64,000 nt of DNA, taken from assembly GCF_006345805.1 (NCBI RefSeq), contig NC_042997.1, positions 129,766,001 through 129,830,000 on the forward strand, in the 5' to 3' direction. How positions within the stretch are numbered: the first letter of the stretch is position 1; every line of letters begins with the position of its first letter. This DNA comes from Octopus sinensis (taxonomy: Eukaryota). A program made the position numbers and the translations under genes. Shown here piece after piece: positions 40,130-53,220 of this stretch. Under the pieces are notes generated by a model, which had not been told where the DNA came from, made no database searches, and saw nothing but the letters and a program-made list of their open reading frames with translations.

Positions 40130-40640
40130 GTAGACTAAAGGTTAAGTAGTTCAAATTAATCATGCTTTATCCAGAAACATAATGCTATTCCTCAAGTGGG
40201 ATATGAACTCAGGATTCCTCCATAACTAATCCAATACTAATGAAATATTTTATAACTACAAAAGATGTTCATGAGAATCTCTTCTGACATACTATCAATA
40301 CAGTTTCTGTAAAACCAGGAGGTATGCTGTGGATTTTCTCTTCGGCATTACATACTAATGGTTTTGTACCTTAAACAAAAAAGAAACTTTGAAAACATCT
40401 TAGCTATAACACCTTTGAAAAATTTGTTACCAAATATATCTGCTTCAACTCATCCTGCTAACTACGCCAATGAGAACTGGACAATCTGGTATTTATTTAA
40501 CAGTACAAAACTATTAATAAAACACATTTCAAGAAAACATCCACAACATTATTCCCTCACTACTCTTGGGCAGTAATCAGTTAAAAGTACACACTGCCTA
40601 CAAGAATACACAACTAAAATTATACTATATTTAAAAATGC
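40130..40640 (-). mobile_element. Possible piggyBac-like transposase relic
   Basis: Only a short decayed peptide, FLEMCFINSFVLLNKY, resembling FF.LL.....NSFILY. Weak. Confidence 0.25.
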
Positions 40641-43600
40641 TAGTCCTTACTTTTGTAGCAGAACATCTTAGATATGACTATAATTGCATCACAACAGTTG
40701 GGTTAGTTTTATTTTAAGAATAAAAAATTATTTCATTTCTAAACAGTTGTACAAAGCATAAATGACTATTACAATAATTTAGAGCATGCATCTGGGACAT
40801 TTGCTATATATACATTTTAGATTCTACAAATAACGAATTTGTTAAGTTACATTATATTACCCAAATCTCAACCTATCAATTTACCTGCCATTTTTACCAC
40901 AACTACTGCATCTCACACCTCAGGCTCCATACTAATCATTGGCCAATCCATCTTCCGCATAGTCATACCCCTCTTGAACATCCTCTCATATTTCCCCATC
41001 AACCAATACCAGCATGAATTTAAACAGAAAATATATCCATACCAACCACATTCAAGTTTTTCTATTCACCAGTATATATGTATAATTATTACTAAAAGTT
41101 AGTAGGTTGATAAAAAGAAATAAAAAAAAAATCAAGGATGTGATGTTTAGAAAGCAGTGATATAATATCATCTACACATTGCTACTAGATATCATTTATA
41201 TTACATATTGCAATTTAGTTGTGTATATTCTTCATCGTGTGTTTCTGGAAAAGTTCAACCTTTCACTCCTAAATAACACACACATTCCAAATCACATACG
41301 GCTTTCAGCTTTTCATTGCTTATTCCTTCATCTTTATAGAACTTCAAGAAAATAAATACTTTGTGAAAGAGGTGAGGAAATACGAGCATCCCAGCACTGT
41401 TAGACTAAGATAAGACCTTTACTGTCAAACATTTAGCCAGCTGAAAGCTATAAATATATTTTAAACAATAACACTATTCCAGAGGAATTTCTTTCCCAGA
41501 AAAGAGTCAGTTTATACCCTGATTCATTATTTTCCTTTTTCTTTATTTTTTTCTTTTCTCTTTTTGTTTTTCCAGAATGCAATAGTTGTTTGATATAGCT
41601 TTAATCTGTAACCAACAACTGTTTATGATGCAAAGAAAGAGGTCAATATATCTGACAACTGCATCATCATGATTTAAGTTATAACAATAGAGTGCAACTT
41701 GACTAAATATACCACACGAAAGTTACAAAGGTATTTTTTCTTTATAGTTTTTTTTTTTCAATAATAACTAATTTGCTTTTTTTAAAACATGAAATGAGTG
41801 GGAAAATTTCCATCTGAGATAGAACACTAGATAACTGAGATAATGAATTAATATAGTTTAAGAAATGCTTTTAACACGATAAATTGGAAGACTAGTAGAA
41901 TGAATGTCAAGTCAACTTGCAAAAGTGTGATCTCAATTATAAACTTCAATTTAGCTTTCCTCTTGAAATAGCTCAGGAGAAATTTTTGTAAGTTCATGTA
42001 AGCATTCTAGCTTATATGATCAAGTAGCATCATTATGTTTTAAAACTTTTAAAACATAATATTAATCTAAATAATTTTTAGCTGTCCTAGAATCACTATT
42101 TTTCGTTTTGTGCTTTCTTGTAAAAAGATGCAAAAAGATTAGTTCATGTCAGAGCTAAAAGGAAGCATAAATTGAGAGACAGGAAGGAAAATACTAAATC
42201 ATATATGACAAGTAGTTACTTGTCATATATGATTGCTTGTCATATATAGTTACTTTTGATTCATTAGATTATCATCTAATTATGTCACTAAGTGAATAAT
42301 TGTGACCTTACAGTCTTCCTAAAAAAAATCTAGTAAGCACAGATGCAGTCAGAAAAATGAAATATAAAGTCATAAATACAGATAAATGCTAGATTGAATG
42401 AAGTGTAAAAATATCATTCACTTGAATGGTAAGAACTATTTGAACAATTGATACATTTGAACTAAATTAACATAAAATCCCCTTCACATGTCATTTGATT
42501 TATCATATTTGTAAACCAAGCAAGTTCTAATAATAAATGCTATATATTTTAATTCAATACATCACATGTAGTTATGGATTCTATAATAATAAAAAGTGAA
42601 AAGACAGCTTGAATCTATGGAGCTACTACTGATTACTTGACTACTAAACGAGAAAACATCTAGGAAAACTGGATTTCTTGATTTTTCAAAAGATCTGTGT
42701 ATAGGTATGTATTATGAACAGATGGTGAGACACAGAAATGAGACACTCCATTTCAGTGAAGAAGGAAAACAGATAACTGCTTTCATTAAACGTGTTCCTA
42801 CCAAGTTATAGAAAAAAAAAAAAAACTGTTTGGCCATGTGTTTCAAGCAAGTTAGAGCAAAATTTAAATGCATTACCATGAGAGAAATGGTAAATAAGAT
42901 AAGAAAAGATGATACATTAGTAAGTATAAGATCAACAAAGAATCTATTTCCATATTGCTTTGTGAAGATGAAAATCTTATATTTATCAATCTAAAAGGAA
43001 CTATTCTAATACTCCAGTATAGGAAATAAATTGAGTCATGAGAGAAATAAGGTAACAACACATGAAAGGAAAGATATCACAAAGAGACATAAGTAACTAA
43101 AAGTTAGGTTTAATAATTTAAATTTTAAAATAGTTTCTTCAAATCTGAATGATACAAAATCTGAATAAAACAATATGCATAATAAAACACAAAGCAAACA
43201 AGGATCCTTTTGGCAAACCTTTCGGTTATGGCTAGAATAAGTACTTTGCTTTTTTTTGTGTTATTTCAGTTTAGGTTATTTAGATACTGCTTTTTTGTTT
43301 TTTATTAAAAATAATTTGGAAAAAATTTCAATTGTTTACAATGATTCAGTTTTATATTTCTCATAAATAGTTAAATCTTTATTACAACACTGTCAATTAT
43401 TGTTAGATCATTATTACAATACTCATCTCTTATAAAGTTGTGACAGTATTACAACACTTTTCTCTTAGTACTTGTTAAGACATCATTAATCACAGAAAGG
43501 ATCAAAGTGATTTAGCATGAATGAACTATAAACAAATCTGTGAAGAAAATGGAGCTTTATTTTCATTTATAAATTAACTTTTACAATTAAATGTCCTTTC

Positions 43601-43899
43601 TACACCTGAAAACAGATTAGGGAAATAAAGTTAATATTATACAATGTCACCAATAACTATCAAATCCAATTACAATAAAGATGCTTGGCACTAAAATTTA
43701 TGCTAGAACCTCTAATAATAGTCACAACTGAATCAGAAAAATCTGGCTCCACTGATATGGTAATGAGTACTCTTATGATACAAAATACAAGCCAAGTGCT
43801 GCATGGTAGAAGGGAAAGTAGAGAAAAACTAGTAATGTTGTTTTCTATTAAAGAAGTTTCCAGCTTCATACTAAAATAATGTTGGCATGAGTCGTATGA

Positions 43900-44050
43900 T
43901 TTGAGAGGATCCAATAGGTCCAAAGACAGGACTGTGCTTACAATATTTGCTTCGACATGGTTTCTACAACTGGATGCCCTACCTAATGCCAACCACTCTA
44001 CGGAGTATACTAGGTGCATTTTTCATGGTACCAACAATACTAGTGAGGTA
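43900..44050 (-). mobile_element. RTE-type 3' tail
   Basis: ACATGGTTTCTACAACTGGATGCCCTACCTAATGCCAACCACTC. Confidence 0.7.
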
Positions 44051-47000
44051 GCTTACAAGACTAAGATTCCATTTGACTGAGTGTTAGCTACAGTAGAAAG
44101 GGAGGCAGGTTTATGTAAAGAGATGAGAGGTTAAAGCATGAGAGAAATAGCCCCAACAGGCTTCTTGCCATAGAGGAGCTACATGGTTACATGTACTATA
44201 GAAGAAAGGGTAGGAGTAACCAGGGTGGAGCTGGAAAGCGATAAAATAGTGATGACGAGGTGTCAGGTCAGCTCCTTAAGGTATGAGGTGAGTAGAAGTG
44301 AGTAGGGACAGAAGAAAAAGAGTGGGTGAGTAAAGGTTGCAAATGAAACACATCTTTGTAGCCAGATATTGTATCAAGCACACAGAAGTCAAATGATACA
44401 TCATAATTAGATGTTACACAAAACACTCAGTTTAGATATTTCAGGTAGTGAATGGTGAGATGTTATATGAACAATAGCATTTAGTGGTAGCAGAAAATAC
44501 TCTTCTATACCAAGTTCTTCAGTTCTTTATAGATTTGTAATAGAGAAGAAATTGCATTTTTGACAAAATAGATATCTTTATAGGGATTTTAAAGGAATCA
44601 GCTATGTTTACAGCTGATCTCAAAACAAGGGTCCGGGTAATTCTTTTTCCCCAACCTGACAAATTAGACTAAAGGTATATTAGTGAAAATAATCAATGAT
44701 TTTGCTAAATTGTGGAAGAAGACTCAAAAAAGTGTGTAAAACTCTGTCACGCAACAAATAATATCTTGTACTTTTGGCTGAGGTTAAAAAAAAGAAAAAG
44801 AAAAAGGGCCATATTTTATAAACTTTAGGTAGAAATCAAATACAGAACAAAAATGTTTTATTTTTTTCCTTTCAAAAGAAATTTCCTCTTTCATAATAAA
44901 ATAATTTTAAATCAAGACTTTATGATTCTAAATATGTTTTTTTGAATATTTAGCAAAGTATCCCAAGGATATTGTGGTCATCTATTCATATAGTGCAACA
45001 CAATTTGTTTCCAGTTAACCAGATAGTGTCTTTCTGTCATTTTTATTTCTTATAAACTTTACATTCAGTTTCCTATGATTATATAGGTGATAGGGATTAT
45101 TTGTTAGAGTACGCTATCTACTTGTGCATAATATGCAATTTTGGGGGGATTTTTTTAAAATCATAAAATTAGAGATGTGCATCAATGCATAAGAAATATT
45201 ATCCATTTTATCTCAACCCCAAATGTGTCCATATATAGGTTGGTTGGAAGTAAATAATATCTACTTACCAAGCTGATAGAGTAATAAACAATTTAAAATC
45301 ACTACAATGTTAGAATTTTCTATATTAATAATTATATTAAATATTCTTTATATTTCATAACTACGCCCATACTGGAGATAGTACTGATTGATGTCCAATT
45401 AAATACAGCAAAAATTTACCATAATAGTTGATACAAAATAATAAGAAAAGAAAATTAACATTGGTGATCATGAAACAGTTTTCTGGTCTAGACAGAAATT
45501 CATACTATAAATATTATCTATATAGTGTTAACACTGTGTTTTTTTATGTCCTATGAAATTTAATACAAAATACTTGATGGACTGGTTTAAGATGTTTTTT
45601 TTTCTATTTGATAAAAAAAAAAATTTTTTTAATAAATCCTTGATGTCTAAAATTTTTAAAAAATAAAAAGTTTAAGGGCTGGATAGCAAAACTCGAGTCT
45701 GTCGTTATCAAAATCAAATTCATTTTTCACCATCATTATTTAACATCTGTTTTCCATGCTGGCAAGTCAGAAGTCTGCACCAATCTCTACTGTCTGCTTT
45801 GGCATGGTTTATATGACTAGATGCTCTATGATGGGATTTCTTTAATGCTGACTTTACAAGTGCACTTCTTTTATGGCCTACCCTGGTAAAATTCAAAAAT
45901 CGCTTTGAAATCTGCCTGCTGTTTCATTTAGGGTGTATAAAATTTTTCAGTGTATTTTATATAATAACAAACCTGAATAAACACTCTATTTTATATAATC
46001 ATACTATCATTATCATATATATTATACTGAAGAGATTTTTTCCTGCATTTTGTTTTTCTAATTAGTTTACATTATACAAGAGGGTTTATTATATATGAAT
46101 AAATACAGTAATTGATACATCAGCTAGATTATGTCCATCCTTCTGATAACCAGTCAATTGTTGAGAACTGAGTAAAAGTTGATAATTTCTAAGCAACACT
46201 TCCTAAGGTTGGAGATATTACTAAAGTATATCAGACTATCAAAGAGAAACTACTGTCAATGTATTTTTTACTCTGGTGTTCATTTCACTTTGCCAGTTAC
46301 CAAAATTTCAGGTTCTGAAGAATGGAAGTTGATGTGTTTTCACAAACCATATAAAAGACAGTTTCCTAACTTAGAAACTATTACATCATTACAAATATCA
46401 ATGGAAGAGGACACAAGATGAACTGATTTTCTGTATCAATTCTCTGATGTTGAGCAAAATCTTTTATTAAACTAAAAACTGCCATGTGTTTATTGTATCA
46501 ATGAAAGTATCAACAGTTTAGAGATGTACAATTCTTGACGTTTTCTAACACAATATTTTTTATGTACACTTCTTTTGAATTATCTTCACTAGCTTTAATC
46601 TAGTTTTATATTTAAAGCATTCAAGTATTCTGACATTTTTATGTCAATAAGTCAATAATTAAATTAGTGTCTTGACCCATGTTAATATTAATCAAATCAT
46701 CTAGTGATACACAGTACGATATCCTGAATACAAAATGTAAGCTTAGATAAGAAAGTTTGTTTGAATTTTCAATCCAGGAAAACCTTATTACATCTGTCCC
46801 AACTTGACACAAAAAGTGTTTTATAGCTAATTAATCCCAAGAACCAGTGCTAAAACCTACTTTTCAGGTAAGATCGTTTAGTTTTCTTGCAACAATCTGC
46901 ATAACAGAATATATGTGTCACTTGCATTAAATAGTTCCATTGGAGACATTAAAAAGAGCATTTATGTATAAAAGAGATCTGCAACAATTCATGAAGATAT

Positions 47001-47649
47001 TAAAGTCTGTAAAGCCACCCCAGCAAGATAGAGAAACTGATATACAAACAGTCTATTAAATCAGAGAGTAACGGTTTGATATTCTAAGATTTTAGCCAAA
47101 TTTAAAATAAAACTTACGTTTTAATTGCAGTTAATGAAGTTATTTTCAATCAGCAAGCTAGTAACAAGCACTTAACTATGTTCTTCATGCATAAGACATC
47201 TTTGGAAAAATTTTCAGCATCATAATCTGTAGTCATTTTGAGATCTTCAGTTGATTATGCTTCCCTGAGGAGGTCTAATAAAACCAAAACACGTTCAGAG
47301 TTGTTACCTTAGTGATAACAACCTGACACTTCTACTGTCTGCATATCTCCATGGAATAATTTATCCGATTGAAATTTTAAGTTCTTTCCCTTGCCTCTTC
47401 TGAGAATTTTCATCAATGCTTAATGAATTTTCATCTCATTAAGGCTAAAATTTCAATTAATTAAAATAATTTTTAGCTGACCATATCAAATATGACAGCA
47501 TGCATTTGGCTATAGATGTATAAGTATGTATACTTATTTAAAAAATGGGGCAGCATACACTCACTCTGCTTCCTCTACAACCTCACATCTCCCCACCATC
47601 TCTTCTACTTACTGTATATCATATTCCACTCCTCTATTCTGTCACTCAC

Positions 47650-47960
47650 CTTACCCATTCCACCTATAACTGAAAGGAAAACATTTGACCTGAACATATT
47701 GATCCCCTCTATCTCCACCGCCCATGTCTTGTTACTTCTACCTTTATCTTTCCAAATCATGATGCGTGAGTGGTGAGGGACCACACTTTTGCAATATTCA
47801 CTCACTCTCCTCAGTCTTCAGCCATCATGCTCTCTTATGTTAACCTTCATGAACATGTTACTTAGGTTATGCTCATCTCTTTTGCTCCTTCACGCATCAC
47901 TCTGCACACTCCCATCCACCCATATATAAACATGGGATAGCAGTGCATTACCCCTCACTG
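47650..47960 (-). mobile_element. RTE-like LINE C-terminal relic
   Basis: ORF 47605-47805 has KGRSNKTWAVEIEG, resembling RGRPKKTW. Confidence 0.4.
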
Positions 47961-48799
47961 AATCCATCCTGTTATCTTTATAAGTCATTAATCCAGGATA
48001 CTATCCCATTTTCCTTTCCAATTTCTCCTACCCTAAAACTCTGTTACTCTCTCCATGACTCACTCCTCCCATCAAACCTTAACTTATTAACACTTCACCT
48101 AAGTCACCCCCCCTTTTCTACACTCTCTCTCAGTTGTGGGATCTCTACAATCTTACAAGGTGCTCCCTGATAAAATGTACCTAATGTCCAGTACTCTGCA
48201 AAGCAGTTCCTGATAGGAAGGGCATCCAATTGTAGAAACCATACGAAAAACATAACATTTAAGCAAGTTAATGTTCTTGATATGTACAGGAAAGCAGCAA
48301 TTCTGAATAAGAACTACAGTTTTCATTGGCAATGAGTTCAGTGAAGAATTTAGTGTACCGGTAGGTGTATATTAGTAGTTGGTTCTCAGCCCCCTCCTAT
48401 TATTACAGCTTTCCAGGCCATAACAGAGGAGTTTAAGATTAGTAGTCCATAGGAACTTTTATATAACAATGACACAGATCTCATAGTTGAATTTCTCAAT
48501 ATAGAAGTGAGGTATAGAACTGAGATGCCTCCAAGTAAACTTAGCAATGATTTAAGTTTTAGTCAGCAAGAAATAGAACAGGACTCTGCTGCCACTGGAA
48601 AAGTAACCAAGTTTATATGTAGGAAAGAGTAGGTTTAAATTCCATATAAGGTACCTAATGTCAACTTTGGGGGCACAAACAGACTGACAGAGGATACAGA
48701 CTTCATATATGGGTGAAGTATAGTAGAGAGCAGTAAGCGTACATATGAAGTAAATTCTTCCAACCACTCAAAAGGATCCATAAAACTAGCTGTTACTTG

Positions 48800-49200
48800 G
48801 TTGACCTAATTAGCAGTGGAGCTGAATGCTTTGAAGATATAAGAAGAAGAGTAAGAATAAAGTAGAAAAAGTTTATCTCTGTTGGTCATAAAAGTATTCT
48901 CTTTCTGAGTAAAGAGTAGATTGTATGATACTTGTGAATGAAGTGTAATGTTGTATGGTGATGAAACACGAGTATTGAATGAAGTGAATGTGCAAAAGCT
49001 AGAAAGATATGTGAGCAAGCTCCATGTAATGTTATTGTACTTAAACAGGGCGGACTGAGCCAGAACAGACATGTAATGTAGTTGGTTAAAGAAGAAGCAG
49101 GTGATCTAAATGGAAGGAACTTGTAAAAGAAGACCAAGGAAGAGATGGAAAAATAGGGAAAGCTAAACCTAACAAAAGAGATGAGATAAAAACTGAAACA
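48800..49200 (+). mobile_element. RTE LINE C-terminal relic
   Basis: GTAAAGAGTAGATTGTATGATACTTGTG...GTAATGTTGTATGGTGATGAAACA reads VKSRLYDTC...VMLYGDET, compared with KGRLYDACVRSVMLYGSETW. Confidence 0.65.
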
Positions 49201-49319
49201 AGCAATGAAATGCCGTTTTGAAGGCAAAGAGATCAACTTTGTCTTTCATCCTTTTGAGGTTAATAAAATAACAAGCCAAGAATTGGGGTTGCTTTGATCA
49301 ACTAACTCCTCCTTTCAAA

Positions 49320-49352
<33 letters not shown>

Positions 49353-49678
49353 TAAAGGATTGATATTACTCCTCCAGAAATTAAAGAAACAATAAGAAGA
49401 GTGCAACAGTTATTGAATGAACAATATTTTGAACTTGTGGAAGACACACGAGATGTCGAAATATTGTTCATTCAATTAGTCGCACTCTTCTTATTGTTTC
49501 TTTAATAATAATAATAATAATGATGATGTCATGTATATGGGATGTGTGGGTTTGTGCCCCACAGGTAGCCTTTAATTCTTTTTTAACCAAAGGGTTTTTT
49601 TAACCCAATATTTACATGCTGTCATTTATACCTTATTGGCTCCAAGAGCCAATGTCAAAAAAACTATCATCATCATCA

Positions 49679-49719
<41 letters not shown>

Positions 49720-49725
49720 ATTAGC

Positions 49726-50880
49726 AAGGTGGCGAGCTAGCAAAATCATTGGCATGCTGGGCAAAATGCTTAGCCGCATTTAGTCCATCTTTACATTCTT
49801 AGTTCAAATTCCACCAAGGTCAACTTTACCTTTCATCCATTAGGGATTGATAAATTAAGTACTAATGACACACTGGGTCAATGTAATTGACTAGTCTTCT
49901 GCCCGTAAATTTCAGGCCATGCGCCTTTAGTAGAAAGGGTTATTATTATTATTATTGAGTGGAGAGCAGTGCATGCCATCAAAGTGACACTGAGGTAAAA
50001 TATACACCAGGCACATGCATCACAACCATATGTACGCAACATGGTGATCTCATTTCAAGATAAACAGTGCATGACCTTGCATGTGGGGCCTAGTTAGAAT
50101 TTTCTTCAGGTCAAGTAGCCTATCTCACTCAAAAGGTCCTTGAATAAAGGTTGCTTAAGGATGTTGAACAAAACACGCATGTTTCCAGAGGTGAATTATT
50201 CAAACCCCAAAGAATTCCTCCTAACACATGGCTATGATGGTCCCCCACTATTTCTGCTCATGATCAGAGATGCACGTATTGTCAGCCACCAAAGAACATG
50301 CTCAACTGGTTAAGGTCAAAGCAAATCTGTGATATTGAGCAGAATATTTGCTGTAACCCATCTTTTATACCAAGACAAAACATGTACATGTTAACACTGC
50401 CAATCAGTTAAGGTCAGAAGCCATGAGAGCCAAAGCCTGGTACTGCATCAGAGCAATTATTAGGTGAGTTGGCAGAATTGTTAGCATGCCAGATGAAATG
50501 CTTAGCAGTATTTTGTCTGTCTTCATGTTCTGAGTTAAAATTCCGCTGATCGACTTTGCTTTTCATCCTTTCGGGATCAATAAATTAAGTACCAGTAAAA
50601 CATTGGAGTTGATGTAATCGACTAGTCCCCTCCCACCAAATTTCAGGCCTCTTGCCTATAGTAGAAAGGATTATTATTAAGACAGTGAACTGGCATAGGA
50701 ATAAATGCTTTGTGGCATTTGTTCCAGCTCTTTAGATTCCAAATTCAAATCTCGCCTAAGTCAATTTTGCCATTCATCCTTTTGAGGTTGGTAAAGTACT
50801 AGTCAAATCCTGCAGTTGATGGTTTCAACTAATACCCTCCCCTCAAAACTGCTGGCCTTGTGCCTAAATTAGAAACCATT
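49726..50880 (+). mobile_element. Cluster of three family A-type SINEs (49726-49940, 50461-50680, 50681-50880) with (ATT)n tails
   Basis: Each has the GAGCTGGCAGAA-like head, the TTTCATCC...GATAAATTAAGTAC centre and an AAATTTCAGGCC...TAGAAA(G/C)...ATTATT tail. Confidence 0.8.
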
Positions 50881-50919
50881 ATTATTATTATTGTTATTAT
50901 TATTATTATTATTATCATT

Positions 50920-52158
50920 GCCTTTGCACAGCTTTTAATGCTGGAGATGTACTACGGTGTCAGCTGTTCACTACCAGTGAACTAAGGTAACACCTCTTAT
51001 TTTTTGAGCACCTTCCAGAGTATTTGAGCGGTTCTAAGCAGTGCTGTTTTTTGCAAGTGATCCACTCTTATTGCAGCCCCCATTTGTTCCATGTACTTCT
51101 CAAGATTTTTATTCACTGTTCCCAGGGCTCTGACAATTATTGGTACTACTACCACCTTTTCCATCAACCACAATGCTAACCTTCCAAGCTAACTCGTCAT
51201 ATCTATCGACTTTTCCTTCTTCCTTATCACATACCTTGTTGTCAGCTAGGCATGCTCTATCTATGATCGAGCATAGTTTGCTTTCTTTCTCAATTAAGAC
51301 TATGTCTGGCTTCCTATTCTCTATCTCATGGTCACACTGAATCATAAAATCTCACAGGAACTTTGAATTATCATTTTTGATGATGCCTTCAGGTTTGTGG
51401 ATGTACCAATTTTTTGCTCTCTCAAGTCCATACTTGTTGCAAAGTGTCCAATGGACAAGCCTGGCTATTTTGTCGTAGTGTCTCTTATATTCCTTCTGGG
51501 CTAGTGGCGTACATTGGCTTGTAATATGCCACATGGTTTCACCATTTTGTCCACAGATTCTGCACTTATCACTTTCTGATGTTTTGTCTATTCTGTATTT
51601 TATGTAGTTTGTTCTTAGTGCTTGCTCTTGGGCAGCACAGATTAGAGCCTCCGTTTCTGGTTTTAAATCACTTTTAGTCATCCACAGCCATCTTTTTTCT
51701 CTGCCTGTCTTATCTTCAACATCCCTATGAAATTGTCCATGCATTCTTTTCTTTACCCACCTATTTTCAGTTTCATTTGTTTTCAATTGCTTGTACAGTG
51801 CTTTATCTTTGCAATCTTTCCTCCTACGCAGGCCCGACCTTCTTACTTCTAATTAACAGCGGTTCTGTGGCATTTTTTACATACCATGCTATGTTGTTTT
51901 CTTCTGCTCTAATGCTGTGTTCACATCCAATAAGTCCTCTTCCCCCTCTTTTTCTTGGTACATACAGTCTGTGTCATTTTTTAGGTGAAGTGTCCCATAT
52001 CTAGTTAGAAACTTCCTTGTCTTTCTGTATAAGCTGTTTAGTTTGTCTACTGTCCATGTGATTACCCCTGCTCCATATCTAAGGAGTGAAACTGCCCAGG
52101 TGTTCATAGCTTCAATCTTATTCCGTCTGTTTAATTTCAACTTAAGGATAAGTCTCAG
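50920..52158 (-). mobile_element. 5'-truncated R4/Dong-clade non-LTR retrotransposon (restriction-like endonuclease type) in a (TAA)n tract
   Basis: Minus-strand ORFs give KLNRRNKIEAMNTWAVSLLRYGAG (RT thumb), MHGQF...LKPETEALICAAQEQALRTN, a CCHC knuckle CRICGQNGETMWHITSQC, HWTLCNKYG and the RLE motif NRKPDIVLIEK...IID. A short 3' UTR follows. (TAA)n flanks both sides (50878-50919; 52159-52193). Confidence 0.88.
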
Positions 52159-52487
52159 ATTATTATTATTATTATCATTATTGTTATTATTGCTAGAAGT
52201 AATGGCTTCTGATTCAGGCACAAGGACAGCAGTTTTAAGTGGTGGGTATTAGTTGAGTCCATCAACCACAGAATTTGACTAGTACTTTATATTAGCCCCA
52301 AAGGATGAAAGGCAAAATTGAACTCAGTGGGATTTGAACTCAAAACATTACATTCTAAGTTCAAATTCTACTGTCAGGGAAAATGCTTCAGTTTTTAGAT
52401 GACTCCCTTTATGGTCTGAATTCAAATCTCATAGGCTGACTTTATTTCAGCCCTTCAAAATGATGTTCAACAATGTTATATATATAT

Positions 52488-52744
52488 CGTGCCGGTGGCA
52501 CGTAAATTGCACCAATCCGACCGTGGCCGTTGCCAGCCTCGCCTGGCACCTGTGCGGGTGGCACGTAAAAAGCACCCACTACACTCACGGAGTGGTTGGC
52601 GTTAGGAAGGGCATCCAGCTGTAGAAACATTGCCAGATAAGACTGGAGCCTGGTGCAGCCTTCTGGCTTCCCAGATCCCCGGTCAAACCGTCCAACCCAT
52701 GCTAGCATGGAGAACGGACGTTAAACGATGATGATGATGATGAT
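52488..52744 (+). mobile_element. Young CpG-rich 5'-truncated RTE 3' end inserted in (AT)n
   Basis: Undecayed GGAGTGGTTGGCGTTAGGAAGGGCATCCAGCTGTAGAAAC...GGACGTTAAAC(GAT)n with many CpGs retained. Confidence 0.88.
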
Positions 52745-53220
52745 ATATATATATATATAGATATATATATATATATATAAGGTGAGCAAAAGTCTATGTA
52801 CACTGCCATATGTATATATAAATATAGAAAATGGAACAAAAATGCAATAGAGGACAATAAAACATTTGGACGGACAGACGATATCTGTCTGGATGTATTA
52901 TTGTCCTCTATTACGGTTTTGTTCCATTTTTTATATGTGTGTGTGTGTGTGTACACACACAAACACACATTTAGTTCAAATATATTATAATCTTGTACTT
53001 AGCACTCAATTTCTCTAATTTTAATAATCTGACCTCTGCTTCCTTTCATTTAAAATGCATGTGAGAATGATTGCAATATACATATATGTAAGTACATTAG
53101 TATATATATACAAACATATATATATATGCAGTATGTGTGTGTGTGTGTATACATTTTTTAAAAATGCAACGGAGAGAGAGAGAGAGAGAGGGAGAAAGAG
53201 AATGAGAGAGAGAGAGAGAC

